Assembly (NCBI GenBank): GCA_951406725.2
Contig: OX597829.1
Span: forward strand, 4,402,001 to 4,466,000
DNA length: 64,000 nt
Source: Octopus vulgaris
Lineage: Eukaryota
Direction of reading: 5' to 3'
How positions within the stretch are numbered: the stretch's first letter is position 1; each line of letters begins with the position of its first letter. Shown here piece by piece: positions 1-14,477 of the stretch. Below the pieces are notes generated by a model. The model worked only from the letters and a program-made list of their open reading frames with translations, was not told the DNA's origin and ran no database searches. The position numbers and the translations under genes were made by a program.

Positions 1-370
1 CACACAGACAAACATTCTCTCTCTTCCGGGCCATGTCTCTCTTTTCGCTGCTCTATCTTCTGCTCTCTCTGTCTTTCTCTCTTTCTGTCGTTCCATTCCC
101 CTCCTCCTTCTCTCTTTCTCAAAAAATATTCGCTCTCTTTCGCTTCATTTCTCTTTTTGCTGCTCTCCCTGTCTCTCTCTCTCCTCGCTCCTTGTCTTCT
201 CTCTTTCTCTCTGTCGCTCCAAGTCTCTATCAGTCTCTCTCTCCCCGAAACAATAGTCAGACGCACAGACAAATATTCTCTCTCTTCCGGGCCATGTCTC
301 TCTTTTTGCTGCTCTATCTTCCTCTCTCTCTGTCTCTGTCTCTCTGTCATTCCATCCCCATCCTCCCGCT

Positions 371-410
<40 letters not shown>

Positions 411-1825
411 CAAGTCTCTCTGCCCTCCTCTTTTAACGTCTCTCTCCAGGAAAAAGACAGCCTCACACAAAATATCCTCTCTCTTTCGCTCCATTACTCT
501 TTCGCACTGTCTCTCTCTTTCACTCTGTCTCTGTCTACGCTCCGTCTCGTTCTTTCGATCTGTCTCTCTTTCGCTTTGTCGTTCTCTTCCGCTCTGTCTC
601 TCTCTTTCACTTTGTCGCTCTCTATCGCTCTGTTTCTCTCATTCGCTCTGTCTCTCACTTTCACTTCATCTCTCTCTTTCGCACTATCTCACTCATTCGC
701 TGCGTCTCTCTCTTTCGCCCCGTCTCACTCTTTCACTTTGTCTCTCTCTTTCGCTCCGTCAGTCTCTTTCGCTCTGTCTCTCTCTTTCGCTCCGTCTCTC
801 TCGCTCGCTCCGACTCTCTCTTTCGTTTTGTCGCTCTCTTTTGCTCTGTCTCTCTCTTTCGCTCTGACTCTCTCTTTCACTTTGTCGTACTCTTTCGCTT
901 TGTCGTACTCTTTCGCTCTGTCTCTCTCTTTCGCTCCGTCTCTCTCTTTCGTTCCGTCTCTCTCTTTCACTCCGTCTCTCTCGTTCGCTCTGTTTCACCC
1001 TTTCACTCCGTCTCTCTCTTTCGCTCCGGCTCTCTTGTCATTACTCTTTTTGCTGCTCCATCTTTCTCTCCTTATCTCTTTCCTTCCAGGTCTCTTTGCC
1101 CTTCTCTTTCAACGTCTCTCTCCAGAAAAAAGACACTCTCACACACAATATCTGCTCAGTTTCGCTTCATTGCTCTTTTCGCTGCTCTATCTTTTTCTCT
1201 CTCTCTCTTACCTTCCAGGTCTCTCTGTCCTCTTCTTTCAACGTCTCTCTTCAAGAAAAAGACAGTCTCACACAAAGTATCCTCTCTCTTTCGCTCCCTC
1301 TATCTCTCTCATTCCATCCAGTTCTCTCTGTCCTCCTCTTTCAACGTCTCTCTTCAAGAAAAAGACAGTCTCACACAAAGTATCCGCTCTCTTTCATTCC
1401 ATTACTCTTTTCGCCGTTCCATCTTTCTCTCTCTCTCTTCCCTTCCAGGACTCTCTGCCTCTAATTCTCACTCTTTCCTTTGTTCTTTCTTTTTCATTCT
1501 TTCTTTTTTGCTTTTTTCCTTTCTTTCTACATTTCTCTCTTTCTTTCTTCCATTTTTTCTTTCTTGCCTTCGTTCCTTCTTGCTTTCTTTCTTTATTCCT
1601 CTCTTTCTTTCTTTCTTTCCTCCTTGCTTTCTTTTTTCTTCCTTCCTTTCTTTCTCCCTTTCTTTCTTTCTTTCTTTCTTCCTTTCTTTCCTCCTTTCTC
1701 CCTTTCTTTCTTTCTTTCTTTCTTTCTTCGTTTCTTTCTTTCTTTCTTTCTTCATTACTTTCTTTCTTCCTTCCTTTCTTTCTTTTTTCTTCCATTCTTT
1801 CTCTCTTTCCCTCCAATTCTCACTC

Positions 1826-1866
<41 letters not shown>

Positions 1867-1878
1867 CTTCTTTTCTTC

Positions 1879-1910
<32 letters not shown>

Positions 1911-2300
1911 TTTTCTTCCTTCCTCTCTTTCTTTCTTCCTTCCTTTCTTCGTTCTGTCATCCTTTCTTTATCTGCTATTTCATATATCCCTTCTCTCTCT
2001 CTCTCACACACACACACCCACACACTCTTATTTCCTTAATCGTTTATTTCTTTCTCGTCAACGCTCCGCTTTGCTCTCTCTTTCTTTCTCTCTCTCTCTC
2101 TCTCTCTCTCCTTCTCATAACCCCCTTTATCTCTGTCTCTGTCTCCCCCCCTTCTTTATCTCCATATTTCATTTTCTCTCTGCTGCCCAAACATACTCCC
2201 TCCCTCTCTCAAATTATCTCTCACTCTACCTCTCACCCTCCTCCAACCGCACCTATCATAACCACCACCTCTCCACCACTCTCTTTCTCTGTCTTCCTCT
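1..2300. repeat. CT-rich low-complexity/minisatellite tract (about 18-bp tctctctttcgctccg units, (CTTT)n, (CT)n)
   Basis: Almost pure pyrimidine on the + strand, with recurring tttcaacgtctctc..caagaaaaagacagtctcacacaa units. Confidence 0.85.
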
Positions 2301-2625
2301 ACCTTTCCCTCCGCCTTCCTCTGCACCGTCCACTCTCACCTATTCTCTGCTTCCTCGACGTCTGCCCCGGCTTTTTTGACAAGCCACCCCTCTTCGACAC
2401 CTACTTCACATTATGAGCTCTCCATCTCTTCACACGCACACACACAAACACACGCACGCACACACACGAACACACACTGACACACTTGGCGCGAGCTGTC
2501 ACGTGTTCGGTGTTTACAAAACTGAATCGAGAGTCATGCGTGGGAATTTATGGACGAAAACACGAACGCAAATATTCGTACGCACAAGAATGTAAATCAC
2601 ACACACACTCACAAACACACACACA

Positions 2626-2674
<49 letters not shown>

Positions 2675-2814
2675 GTATATATATATATGCGCATATATAT
2701 ATATATACATATATATACATACACACACACATATATATTAAATAATTTTATATTTAATTTAACTTAATTTAACTTAATTTATTTTAATACATACATACAC
2801 GTCTATATATATAC

Positions 2815-2869
<55 letters not shown>

Positions 2870-2901
2870 CATATATGTATATACACAAGCACATGTGTAT
2901 A

Positions 2902-2971
<70 letters not shown>

Positions 2972-2989
2972 ATCTATGTATATGTATGC

Positions 2990-3044
<55 letters not shown>

Positions 3045-3051
<7 letters not shown>

Positions 3052-3165
3052 GAAGGAGCTTCTACAGGACTAGAACTGTTTCATTCAAAAGAAATCATAA
3101 GGAAGCTCCTGATGATTTCTTTTGAATGAAACAGTTCTAGTCCTGTAGAAGCTCCTTCTATATAA
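3045..3165. repeat. Near-perfect palindrome (about 55-bp arms) made of two overlapping inverted hammerhead-like motifs
   Basis: tatagaaggagcttctacaggactagaactgtttcattcaaaagaaatcat ... atgatttcttttgaatgaaacagttctagtcctgtagaagctccttctata. Confidence 0.85.
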
Positions 3166-3295
3166 TAAATTAATTTACTCTGCTATGTATTGAGTACCTT
3201 ATTTACTGTGGTTAACCCCGACTCAACCCGGGACCTACATATATATATTTATATATATATATATGTATATTTCTCTTCTTGTTTTTCCTGTGTCC

Positions 3296-3332
3296 CTTTC
3301 TGTGAGAAGAGCGTAGACTCGAAACGTAAAAG
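3296..3332 (+). ncRNA. Degenerate minimal type I hammerhead motif (variant-core family)
   Basis: cttt-CTGTGAGAA-gagc gtag actc-GAAAC-GTA-aaag; homologous to the copies at 50152 and 57028. Confidence 0.4.
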
Positions 3333-3423
3333 ACTTTTTCTATTCCTGAGCGTTATACTAATACATCTGTTTGTTTTATACACCACCTGTCTTCGTCTTT
3401 TGTTTTTTTCGTAAACTCTCCCT

Positions 3424-3467
<44 letters not shown>

Positions 3468-3716
3468 GTATATATATGTGTATACATATATACATATATG
3501 ATTGAATCAATCAATCATATATATATATTTTAAATACATGTATGTATATATACATATATGTATTTTACATATATATTATATATACATACATACATGTTTA
3601 TATATATATTGATATGCATACATATGTATTTTATATATATATATATATATATCAATATATATATATATGCATATATATATATATACATACATGCTTATAT
3701 ATATATATATATATAC

Positions 3717-3765
<49 letters not shown>

Positions 3766-3797
3766 TACAGACATACATACAGACAGACAGACACACA

Positions 3798-3857
<60 letters not shown>

Positions 3858-4180
3858 CTCTTTTACTTGTTTCAGTCATTTGAGTTTGGCCATGCTGGAG
3901 CGCCATCTTTACTCGAGCAAATTGGCACCAGGACTTATTCTTTAGAAGCCCAGTACTTATTCTATCGTTCTCTTTTGCCGAACAGCTAAGTTATGGGGAG
4001 GTAAACACACCAGCATCGGTTGTCAAGCGATGTTGGGGGGACAAACACTGACACACAAACATATACACACACATATATATATATACATATATATGACGGG
4101 CTTCTTTCAGTTTCCTTCTACCAAATCCATTTACAAGGCTTTGGTCGGCTCGAGGCTATAGTAGAAGACACTTGTCCAAG

Positions 4181-4183
<3 letters not shown>
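3858..4183 (-). mobile_element. SINE family A (5'-truncated)
   Basis: Reverse-complement match to 8944-9336. Confidence 0.8.
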
Positions 4184-4246
<63 letters not shown>

Positions 4247-4324
4247 TTACATATATATACATATACATATATATATATGTGTGTGTGTATATATATATAT
4301 ATACATACATATATTTTTTCTGTA

Positions 4325-4897
4325 GTTTTAGCTCAGAGTTGCGGCCATGCTGGAGCTCCACTTTTTTTGCGCTACACTGTTATTACTGAGAGCCTCCAAT
4401 ATGTGGCACTTGGTGAAGAATGGAGTTTGATATAGCTACCCTCATTTGTACCTCTTGCCGTGCGGTCGGTTCATCTGGGACTCTCGACAGGAAGAGGTCC
4501 AGCTTTAATTTAAAAGCACCTACATCTACTTTGTGCAGTCTCCACATGCTCTTTGGGAGAATATTAAAAAGCTGTGGACCCTAGAAACCCAGGCTGTTGC
4601 AGTAGCTGGTCCTGAAGCGTGATGGCATTGCTGGGATCTTTGTCACAATGCAGTGTCGCCCCGTTCAGGCATTGGTGTAGGTTTCAATGCCAAAATTTGG
4701 CACAATTCCTTCCAGGATCTTCCAGATATATATATTACTGCATACCTCTCCCGTCGTCTCTCCAGTAGAGTCTTAGCTGTTTCAATCTTTCCCAGTAGCT
4801 GAGCTGTTGCAAAGAGACGATCTTTTTTCTGAATCTTCTCTGGGTTACTTCAAGGTCCGCTGTTAATTTCAGACTGCTGGGGGACCATAGCTGTGAG
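4325..4897 (-). mobile_element. CR1-like LINE 3' fragment (end of RT ORF plus 3' UTR)
   Basis: Reverse-complement copy of about 8345-8925. Confidence 0.8.
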
Positions 4898-5327
4898 AAT
4901 TTTACAAATCAAATTTCACAATATATATATATATATAAATTAGAAAAAAAACCCACCTTTCATCAATTCATTAATGAAAAATCAAATTATACCATCTAGA
5001 ATATTACATATTATAGAAAGATTAAATATATATATATATATATGTATATATATATTTGATTTTGATTTTGATTTTTCCAGTTTCAGCTAATGAGCTGTGG
5101 CCATGCTGGGGCATGTTTCTTTACTACCCACAAGGGGCTAAACACAGAAGGGACGAGCAAGGACAGACAAACGGATTTAGTTGATTATATCGACCCCAGT
5201 GCGTAACCACACGGTTCCGGGTTCAGTCCCACCACGTGGCACGTTGGTCAAGCATCTTCTACTTTAACCACAGGCCGACCAAGCCTTGTGATTGGATTTG
5301 AAAGACGGAAACTGAAAGGAGCCCATC

Positions 5328-5407
<80 letters not shown>

Positions 5408-5553
5408 AAATTCAGTTGTATGTAAAATTTGTATAGAAAAAAATTAATAATCGGATTTTTAAAAAATATGCTAGGCTAATGGTTTTAATTTATTTCATTA
5501 ATATCAATTTCTACCCTTATTTAATTATATACATACATACATACATGCATATA

Positions 5554-7062
<1,509 letters not shown>

Positions 7063-7140
7063 TGAGGAAATATTATTCCAAAATTACAGAGAAGAATTAA
7101 CTTTAGAAATACTAAATCAAATTTCACAAAATATAATATA

Positions 7141-7193
<53 letters not shown>

Positions 7194-7291
7194 ATATATA
7201 TATAAATTAGAAAAAAACACCTTTCATTAATTCAATAATGAAAAATTAAATTATACCATTTAGAAAATTACATATTATAGAAAGATGAAAT

Positions 7292-7366
<75 letters not shown>

Positions 7367-7503
7367 AGTAAACACATAAATGTGAAACGAGGTGTAAAAA
7401 AGAGTACTCAAATACCATTGGTAGAGTAATATGGTTTATTTAAAAGCAGCAGAAATTCAACAAAACCTGATACTCTGAGTTTCACGTTTCCGTTCGTCGG
7501 ACA

Positions 7504-7537
<34 letters not shown>

Positions 7538-7539
<2 letters not shown>

Positions 7540-7762
7540 CTACCCACAAGGGGCTAAACACAGAGGAGACAAACAAGGACAGACAAACGGATTAAGTCGA
7601 TTATATCGACCCCAGTACGTAACTGATACTTAATTTATCAACCCTGAAAGTATGAAATGCAAAGTCCACTTCGGTGGAATTTGAACTCAGAAGGTAACGG
7701 CAGGCGAAATACGGCTACGCATTTCGCCCGGCGTGCAAACGATTCTGCCGGCTCGACGCCTT
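7538..7762 (-). mobile_element. SINE family B (tRNA-like head, gcctttcatcctttcggggtcgat core)
   Basis: Homologous to the copies at 35332, 59543 and 63070. Confidence 0.8.
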
Positions 7763-7780
7763 AATATGTGTATACATATA

Positions 7781-7945
7781 GGCGCAGGAGTGGCTGTGTG
7801 GTAAGTAGCTTGCTTACCAATCACATGGTTCCGGGTTTAGTCCCACTGCGTGGCACTTTGGAGAAGTGTCTTCTACTATAACCTCGGGCCGACTAAAGCC
7901 TTGTGAGTGGATTTGGTAGACGGAATCTGAAAGAAGCCCGTCGTA
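7781..7945 (+). mobile_element. SINE family A head
   Basis: ggcgcaggagtggctgtgtggtaag...ggtttagtccc (pol III A/B-box-like), ending gaagcccgtcgtat. Confidence 0.85.
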
Positions 7946-7976
7946 TGTATATATATTCTAGTATATAAAATGAAGA

Positions 7977-8925
7977 ATGCAGGCGATACGAAATTCTCAC
8001 AGAAAATACAGAACCCTGCAGCAGGAGTTGGACTCAATTTACAGATGGGCTGAGGATAATAATATGCGGTTTAATGCTGAAAAATTCCAGGCCCTGCGCT
8101 ACCAGCATCCAAAACTGAATATTAAACCTACAGGGTCCACTGGTCCGCAGGGAGATTCAATCACAGAGCCTAAGTCAGTGAGAGACCTGGGTATCAACAT
8201 CATTGATGATACCTCTTTCCAAGTACACATTACCAGGATGACGACGAAGTGCAGACGACTGGCTGGCTGGATCCTAAGAACATTCAGAGATAAGGAAACC
8301 ATGATGGTCCTCTGGAGGACATTCGTCCTTAGCCACCTGGATTATTGCTCACAGCTATGGTCACTCACCAGTGTGAGATTAACAGCGGACCTTGAAGCAA
8401 TTCAGAGAAGATTCAGAAAAAAGATCGTCTCTTTGCAACAGGTCAGCTACTGGGAAAGGTTGAAACAGCTAAGACTCTACTCCCTGGAGAGAAGACGGGA
8501 GAGGTATGCAGTAATATATATCTGGAAGATCCTGGAAGGAATTGTGCCAAATTTTGGCATTGAAACCTACACCAATGCCTGAACGGGGCGACACTGCATT
8601 GTGACAAAGATTCCAGCAATGCCATCACGCTTCAGGACCAGTTACTGCAACAGCCTGGGTTTCTAGGGTCCACAGCTTTTTAATATTCTCCCAAAGAGTC
8701 TGAGGAACTTGCACAAAGTAGATGTAGGTGCTTTTAAATCAAAGCTGGACCTCTTCCTGTCGAGAGTCCCAGATGAGCCTACATCATGGCAAGAGGTACA
8801 AATTGAGGGTAGCTATATCAGACTCCATTCTTCATCAAGTGCCACATATTAGAGGGAGATCCCGGTAATAACAGTGTAGCGCAAAACGGCGGTGGATCAG
8901 CATGGCTGCAGCTCTGAGATAAAAC
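7977..8925 (+). mobile_element. CR1-like LINE 3' fragment, C-terminal RT/thumb region, degenerate
   Basis: ORF 7977..8582 contains LQQELDSIYRWAEDNNMRFNAEKF, DLGI, HLDYCSQLWS and LYSLERRRER, typical of the CR1/L2-group ORF2 C-terminus. Confidence 0.85.
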
Positions 8926-8943
8926 TTTAAAATATATATTTTA

Positions 8944-9336
8944 GGCGCAGGAGTGGCTGTGTGGTAAGTATCTTGCTAACCAACCACATGGTTCTGGGTT
9001 CAGTCCCACTGCGTGGCATCTTGAGTAACTTTCTTCTGCTATAGCCCCGGGCCGACCAATGCTTTGAGAGTGGATTTGGTAGACGGAAACTGAAAGAAGC
9101 CTGTCGTATATATGTATATGTATATATATATATATGTATGTGTGTGTTTGTCCCCCTAGGCATTGCTTGACAACCGATGCTGGTGTATTTACGTTCCCCG
9201 TTACTTAGCGGTTCGGCAAAAGAGACCGATAGAATAAGTACTGGGCTTACAAAGAATAAGTCCCGGGTTGGATTTGCTCGACTAAAGGCGGTGCTCCAGC
9301 ATGGCCGCAGTCAAATGACTGAAACAAGTAAAAGAG
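8944..9336 (+). mobile_element. SINE family A, full bipartite copy (tRNA-derived head, internal microsatellite, tail)
   Basis: A-box-like TGGCTGTGTGG and B-box-like GGTTCAGTCCC; tail ...ctccagcatggccgcagtcaaatgactgaaacaagtaaaagag. More than 20 whole or partial copies in the window. Confidence 0.88.
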
Positions 9337-9352
9337 TATATACACATATATT

Positions 9353-9384
<32 letters not shown>

Positions 9385-9579
9385 TATATATATATATATA
9401 TACGATGGGCTTCTTTCAGTTTCCGTCTACCAAATCCAAATCCATTTAGAAGGCTTTGGTCGGACCGAGGCTATAGTAGAAGACATTTGCCCAAGATGCC
9501 AAGCAGTGGGAATGAACCTGGAACCATGTGGTTGGTAAGCAATCTCCTTACCACACACCAGCTACTGCACACACACACA

Positions 9580-9701
<122 letters not shown>

Positions 9702-9980
9702 TCCCTGATTTAGGATTCGCGCAACATCTGCCTGCAGTTATTAGACCAATATCACATTCCTAAACATAAAATCCGCTCCACTCTCGCCCTCCACTCCCAT
9801 TATTTTGTAAGGCGCAGAACCCGAATGATGCGACGGCGTCAAGCATCATGTTTGACTATAGGACGGCACGTGTGAACGTATAACTCAGATTGCGTAAAAA
9901 TGGGTGTATACAGCTACGTCAAGGGACACGTGAGCTCTGAATTCATTGCGTATGTTCATATCAAAGGACAGGCGTTGTTG

Positions 9981-10038
<58 letters not shown>

Positions 10039-10044
10039 ATATGC

Positions 10045-10080
<36 letters not shown>

Positions 10081-10128
10081 ATATAAATAATGTACATGTA
10101 TGCATATATATAATATATATATATATAT

Positions 10129-10520
10129 GAGTGGCGTGTGGTAAGTAGCTAGCTTACCAACTACATGATCCCGGGTTCAGTCCGACTGCGTGGCACCTTG
10201 GTCAAGTGTCTTCTATAGCCTCGAGCCGACCAAAGCCTTGTGAGTGGATTTGGTAGACAGAAACAGAAAGAAGTCCGTCGTATATATGTATATGTATATA
10301 TGTATATATATATATCTGTGTGTGTGTTTGTCCCCCACCTGAACATCGCTTGACACAACCGATGTTGGTGTCTTTATGTCCCCTTAACTTAGCGGTTCGA
10401 CAAAAGAAACCGATAGAATAAGTACTAGGCTTTCAAAAAATAAGCCTGGGGTCGATCTTCTCGACCAAAGGCGGTGCTCCAGCATGGTTGCAGTCAAATG
10501 CCTGAAAGAAGTAAAAGAGT
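10129..10520 (+). mobile_element. SINE family A
   Basis: Head and tail homologous to 8944-9336. Confidence 0.85.
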
Positions 10521-10855
10521 ATATATATATATATATGTATATGAAGGAGCACTCCGTCTGTTACGACGAGGATCGCAGTTGATACGATCAACGGAATAGC
10601 TTGCTCGTGAAATTAACGTGCAAGTGGCCGAGTACTTCACAGACACGTGTACCCTGAACCTAGTTCTCAGGGAGTTTCAGGGTGACAATGTTGGACCCTT
10701 TGAAATACAGGTAAAGCCAGTTTTTGCCAGGCAAGTGGACCCGGAGCGACGTGAAATGAAGTGTCTTGCTGAAGGACACAACACAAGTCGCCTGGAATTG
10801 AACTCACGGCCCTGACCAAGGATCGTGAGTTTACATGTATTTATAATTGCATTTT

Positions 10856-11342
<487 letters not shown>

Positions 11343-12310
11343 CTGTTGATATTTGTAGCTTAGGTTGTAGCAAGCGTTCTTCCGTTTTACGTTTTGTTTC
11401 GGCGGTGGCAGTCACGTCCGGCTGGAAGAACTAAAAACACACACACAGATACACAAACATACGCGAAAAGAGAAAAAGAAAAAAGAAGAAAAAACCAGAA
11501 AAAACAGTAAAAAAACAACACCGTCACCCCCCCCCCTCGAACCCACTTCCACCACTTTCGCCAGAAAAACCGTGGGAAAGTACGGGAAAAATCTAATAAA
11601 AACAATAATAAAATAATAAAATGATAAAAAAAACAATAATAAAATAAAAAAAAACAAAATAAAACAAGATAAAAATCTAAAAAAGAACACACACACACAA
11701 ACGTATTATTCATAGAGACACTTAAGAGGTGAGGTGCGGGGTCTCGGTGTGGGGTTTGGTGGTGAGCCGGTGGTGGTGGTGGTTGTGGTGGGTGCGATGG
11801 AGGCTGGTGGGTTGGTGTTTGTGGTGGAGGCGGCGCTGAGTTAAGTGCGAGGTGCTTGTTGTTGTTGTTGTTGGTGTTGGTGGTGATGGAGGCTGGTGGG
11901 TTGGTGTTTGTGGTGGAGGCGGCGCTGAGTTAAGTGCGAGGTGCTTACTGCTTGATGCTGGGAGTGTTTTGTGTTTGCGCAAGCAGCGATTGTGCCTGTA
12001 TATATGTGTGTGTATGTGTGTGTGTGTGTGTGTGTGAGTGTATACATACACACACACACACGCACGCACATACACACACACACATATACATATATATATG
12101 GATATATATTTATATTGTGAGAAAGTTGGTGAGAAATTTATATATTTGTGCATGTATGTATGTGTGTGTATGAGAATGTGTGTATGTATTGTAATTAACT
12201 TTCTTAATATTTATGTATAGTTATGCACATAGATATATATCTGAACGAGCGCGTGCGTACAGATTTGTGTATAATTGTGTGTGTGTGTGTTTGTGTATAC
12301 ATGCATACAT

Positions 12311-12363
<53 letters not shown>

Positions 12364-12483
12364 TATATATATATGTGTGTATTTATATATATATATACAT
12401 ATATATATATGTTTGTATATATTTATATATGTATATATATATATATACACACACACACATATATATATATCTATGTATGTATG

Positions 12484-12599
<116 letters not shown>

Positions 12600-12604
12600 T
12601 GCAG

Positions 12605-12991
12605 GGATGGTTCTGTGGTATGATGCTTTCTTACACAGTTCCGGGTTCATTCCCACTGCGTGGCACCTTGGGCAAGTGTCTTCTACTATAGCCTCGGGCT
12701 GACCAAAGCCTTCTGAACGGATTTGGTAGGCGGAAACTGAAAGAAGCCCGCCGTATATATGTATATGTAGATATGTAGGTGTGTGTATACACATACACAC
12801 ACACAGTCATTTGAATTCGGCCATGCTGTAGCACCGCCTTTAGTCGAGCAAATCGACCCCAGGACATTCTTTGTAAGCATAGTACCTATTCTATCGGACT
12901 CTCTTTTGCCGAACCGCTAAGTTACGGGGACGTAAACACACCAGCATCGATTGTCAAACGATGTTGGGGGGAGAAACACAGTCACAAACAT

Positions 12992-13064
<73 letters not shown>

Positions 13065-13220
13065 TACGACGGACTTCTTTCAGTTTCTGCCTACAAAATC
13101 TACTCACAAGGCTTTGGTAGGCCCAAGGTTATAGTAGAAGACACTTGCCCAAGGTGCCACACAGTCGGACTGAACCAGGAACCATGTCGTCGGTAAGAAA
13201 GCTACTTACCACACAGTCAC
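12605..13220. mobile_element. Two SINE family A copies in opposite orientation
   Basis: Head on + at about 12605-12755; full copy on - at about 12805-13220. Confidence 0.8.
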
Positions 13221-13939
13221 GAAACATCACCGAAGATGGTGTGTTTACATCACTGTAACATAGTCATTCGGTAAAAGACACCGATAGAATAAAGTCCTGA
13301 GTGTTCATATTTTGTTGGACTGAAGGCTGAGCTCCAGCATGGCCGCACTCAATGACTGAACCGCTCATAAGTGTATTATATATAAACATATTAGGTTGTG
13401 TGTGTGCTCCAGCATGGCCACAGTCATTGGACTGAAAAATATAAGAGAATATATATATATATATATAAGGTTGTGTATGAGTGTGTGTGTCTATAAGTAT
13501 GTAGGCTGTGCTCCAGCATGGCCGCAGTCAAATGGCTGAAACGTGTAAAAGAAAAAAATTATAAAAGAAAGACGTTGTGTTTACAAGTGTGTAATTGTAT
13601 ATGTGTATATATATGTATACTTATAAATATGTGTCTAATCATATATGTGTCTAATCATATATATATTTGTGCGTATGTGTGTATGTACATGCTTGTGAAT
13701 GTTAGGAAGTGGCGTAAAAAAAGCCAGGACCGATTTATTTATGTGGATGTATAGGTATGACGGTGTGTATATGCGTGTGGATGTGTGCGGATGTGTGTCT
13801 GTGTGTCCTGGGGAGGGTAGGCAGGGCGGCAGCGGGCCGACATGTTGCCGACAGCGCTGTGCTAAGTTGCCACATGCCTTCGGAAGGTCGGCCTTAGTTG
13901 TCGGTTATAGGCGGTTAATAAAGCGCATCTCAAGAGAAG

Positions 13940-13971
13940 CGTGGGAAAGTGCGACCGCGTTGCTTCACACA
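13940..13971 (+). promoter_or_regulatory. Su(H)/CSL paired site (SPS), Notch-responsive element
   Basis: CGTGGGAA (13940-13947), a 16-nt spacer, then the inverted TTCACACA (13964-13971). Same head-to-head geometry as the vertebrate HES1 SPS, and 25 bp upstream of the TATA box. Confidence 0.88.
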
Positions 13972-13996
13972 GGCCTAGCGCTGCTGTACTTTGCGG

Positions 13997-14003
13997 TATA
14001 TAA
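13997..14003 (+). promoter_or_regulatory. TATA box of the HES-like gene
   Basis: TATATAA in an otherwise GC-rich island, directly downstream of the SPS. Confidence 0.7.
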
Positions 14004-14056
14004 TGAATGTACACCCATTCAAGTGGGTTATTGTACGATTATACACCGTCGAGGGC

Positions 14057-14400
14057 GGACACACGCGTTTCAGCTCCTACTTTCATTCCGATAGATAACT
14101 TCACAAAAACAATTTATACATCCTTATGTATATATAAATAAATACATATATTTAATTGTATATATACATATATTTAAGTATATACATATATTTAAGACTC
14201 TACACACATATATATACATATATATTGAAATTGATATGGACACACGCGTTTAAGCTCCTTACTACATTCCGATAGATAACTTCACAAAAAATATATACAC
14301 CTCTATGTATATATATAAATAAATATATATATTTAAGTGTATATATTTACGACTATACACACATATATATATATATACATATATATATACGCATATTCGG
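14057..14400 (+). repeat. Tandem duplication (about 181 bp unit) in the putative 5' UTR; each copy carries a CACGCG class C site
   Basis: ggacacacgcgttt..agctcct..cattccgatagataacttcacaaaaa at 14057 and at 14238. CACGCG at 14062-14067 and 14243-14248. Confidence 0.75.
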
Positions 14401-14420
14401 TATACAAGATTGATTCGAAG

Positions 14421-14477
14421 ATGTTGGACAATATTACTAGTACAGCGGCCCCTGGGAAAACGCCGACCCACAGGAAA
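14421..14477 (+). CDS. HES1: HES-like gene coding exon 1 ([19 protein letters not shown])
   Basis: ATG at 14421, about 420 bp downstream of the TATA box. It ends in HRK (HES1 has EHRK) followed by a perfect donor GTAAGT at 14478. Confidence 0.85.

Noticed and set aside
33-2416. Long ORFs (668, 299 and 302 aa) rich in S/L/F
   Set aside because: They arise from a stop-poor CT-rich repeat, have no domain features, and are open in several frames.
8944-9015. tRNA genes
   Set aside because: The A/B boxes belong to SINE heads that continue into SINE bodies; there is no complete cloverleaf.
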